From: Stylophora pistillata
Lineage: Eukaryota
Direction: 5' to 3'
Length of the DNA stretch: 64,000 nucleotides
Assembly: GCF_002571385.2 (NCBI RefSeq)
Contig: NW_019217984.1
Location: 1 to 64,000 of the forward strand
Position numbers and translations under genes: made by a program. The notes beneath the pieces are model-generated. The model was not told the DNA's origin. It searched no databases and worked only from the letters and a program-made list of their open reading frames with translations. Shown here one piece after another: positions 61,856 to 64,000 of the stretch. The first letter of the stretch is position 1. Each line of letters opens with the position of its first letter.

Positions 61856-62989
61856 TTGGTCAAGACCCCAATGATGTGGGAAAAAAGGAATGAGACCTGT
61901 CTTAACTAGTTAAGCTCCAGCATGGAACACAGCATTTAGACCCGACTTTGTATCAGTAGTTGATCTTTGTAACGATTCAGTAATTGCAAAGAACGCAAAT
62001 AAAGGTTTGAAATGGAGCGAAGTTCAGTGTTTACATTCAGTGCTATTTTGGGAGGGCCTAAATGTACTTTGTATCGAGAGGAAAGGAAGAAAAAGTTAGA
62101 GATAAAAGTTCTCAAACTAATATATAATAGCAAATTTTTTCTCCATAGATCTCCGATAGTTACTTGCAGATACTTATGAGTCTATGCATGCTTTGAGCTT
62201 TGTACATAGTGACGCCCCCCATCAAAACCGTCTTAAACCGATGCAGATTGTTTTTCCACCAGAATCTAAAGGCGATAATAAAGGGACTTCATCTGACACA
62301 TCTTCTCCACACGACATGATCAGCAACTATGAACTAGTCAATTTAATTTTTTTAAAAAATGATAATTTACAATTTTGGTGGGGTGATATGTATTCCGTTT
62401 CTAAGCTCTCTCGAGAACCCACATCCATCTGGTAAACATCTTTATGCGTATAGTGGACGACGAACCCGTATTGCCTATCCAATGAAACCCCATTTGAAGT
62501 TCTTTCTTTTGGCTCATTTTGTTGAATTATTATTTAGTCATAATTTTTTTTTCCATTTTGATTTTATTTTGAGATGAGGGAGAGAAAGAAATTTGGGTCC
62601 TGGTAGAGCCACTTTTAGCCAAAATTTCAATAAAGGAAAATTGAACTAGAACTAAAACATTTTTTAGCTAAAGATAACTATCATGAAATGGACGAATCAT
62701 CCAACGACAGTCTTTTCTTGGGCCGAGCAGGGAAAGCGTTCGCTTGACACCTGCCTTGTCAAAAGAGAACGGAAAAAAAGCAACACAAACTGAGCTATAA
62801 AGTGGACCTTCAGTAGGAAAATCATCTGAGGAAATGAGGCGACTAACAGCGAATTTTAATTGTCGCTTTGTTAGACAAACTCGTTTGATTTTCGGCTTAG
62901 GATCAACATGGATGAAGAATTGGCATGAAGAGAACTCGACTTGTAAATTTGGCCATGAAATTTGAGGTAAATTTTCCAGATTGAAAGCC

Positions 62990-63370
62990 TTGACCGTCGC
63001 ACATCATAATCAGTCAAGTTTGAGAGTGTGCAGGAAAGCGTTGGATAAATGCAATCTCTTGATCATTCGAAACAAAAATACCTTAGAAACGAACTGAAGT
63101 AGCCCGAAGCTTGTGCTATATATTTACCGCGGCGATATGCAAGAAATTAAAAACTAACCAACATTTAAAAGAGATGGTAAGACTAGAAGTGATACAAACG
63201 AGAGACGTTTAATGAAATGAGTTTCATACCTGCCATCTTTACTCTATGATTGAATCGAGAGCTCTTTAAAGTAAAAGCGAAGCAGTAGATCATGTAGAAA
63301 GAGATAACTCATGCTGATAATTGTCTTTTCAACTGCGTCGTTTCCTGCTATGCGGCCCTTTTGATATCTG
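62990..63370. repeat. Further copy of the 49.6-55.7 kb duplicated unit
   Basis: gtttgagagtgtgcaggaaagcg...tttcctgctatgcggcccttttgata is similar to 54030-54380. Confidence 0.7.
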
Positions 63371-64000
63371 TACCTTACAGGAGCAAAAATTAAAAAGTGT
63401 ACATTTTGACTGGGTGGGAGGGCCAGAGGGAAAAATATTTGGCTCGAGGTTATGCATGACGTAAGGACCAAGCGCAGCGCGAGGATACTGCAATCGTTGC
63501 AGGAGTAGATGAGTGAAAATCTTTTGTTGTGCTATATTATCACATCTTTTAATGTTTACTTGAACGACTATTCACCTGAGTATGGGTGGCTAGCGGTGTT
63601 GACGTGATACGGCTTGCCCTTTCATGTAAAATGGCGTAACATTTCACGTAAAATGGCGTGAACCTTATTGCTTTAGCTATGCGTGAGCTCACGTCACTTC
63701 GAGTTTCAATGAAGCCGTCTCATAAGTTAATATGAGCAGCTGGCAAATAATGCGGCATTTGAAGGATTTTAAACGTGGCATTTCATCTGCTTCTGTATGA
63801 CCTACAGGAAATAGTTTTGGTGCATTTTTTCCGCCAACTATTTTCTACTCTATGAGGGACAAAGGGAAGAAAATACACAGCGAAAGCGGGACAGATTACT
63901 TTCGCGTAGAAATGCCAAAGCTCAGGCTTAACCTGCAAACGTGACAAAATGGCAGGGAAATCGCGGTCATGTGGTCACTCTTGTCGTTCACGTTTCACGT

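Overview
AT-rich, intron-containing animal genomic DNA. The gene families and repeats point to a cnidarian, probably a scleractinian coral (inference). In order, the window holds: (1) the end of a tandem tRNA-His(GUG) array on the minus strand. (2) A + strand gene of at least 20 exons (1609-18978, 5' end not found). It splices into about 1610 aa with an unusual architecture: SEA domain, 10 FN3 domains, then a GluR0/AvGluR1-like channel (S1, M1, a pore loop with the K+ signature TTVGYGD, M3, S2, M4) and a helical tail. One FN3 exon carries an in-frame TGA. (3) Two tandem TPR-CHAT (TTC28-like, caspase-fold) genes. Each joins TTC4-like TPR exons through a U12-type intron to one large TPR+CHAT exon. 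The first is intact and the second is a pseudogene. (4) About 6 kb of decayed local duplications. (5) A secreted polyprotein gene (57753-61855) built of one-peptide-per-exon cassettes that encode Gly-rich, probably C-amidated peptides, four of them in near-identical 398-bp tandem units. Introns and intergenic DNA contain SINEs, MITEs, Crypton-like elements and Penelope-like foldbacks with hammerhead ribozyme cores. All gene models were spliced by eye and no database searches were run.
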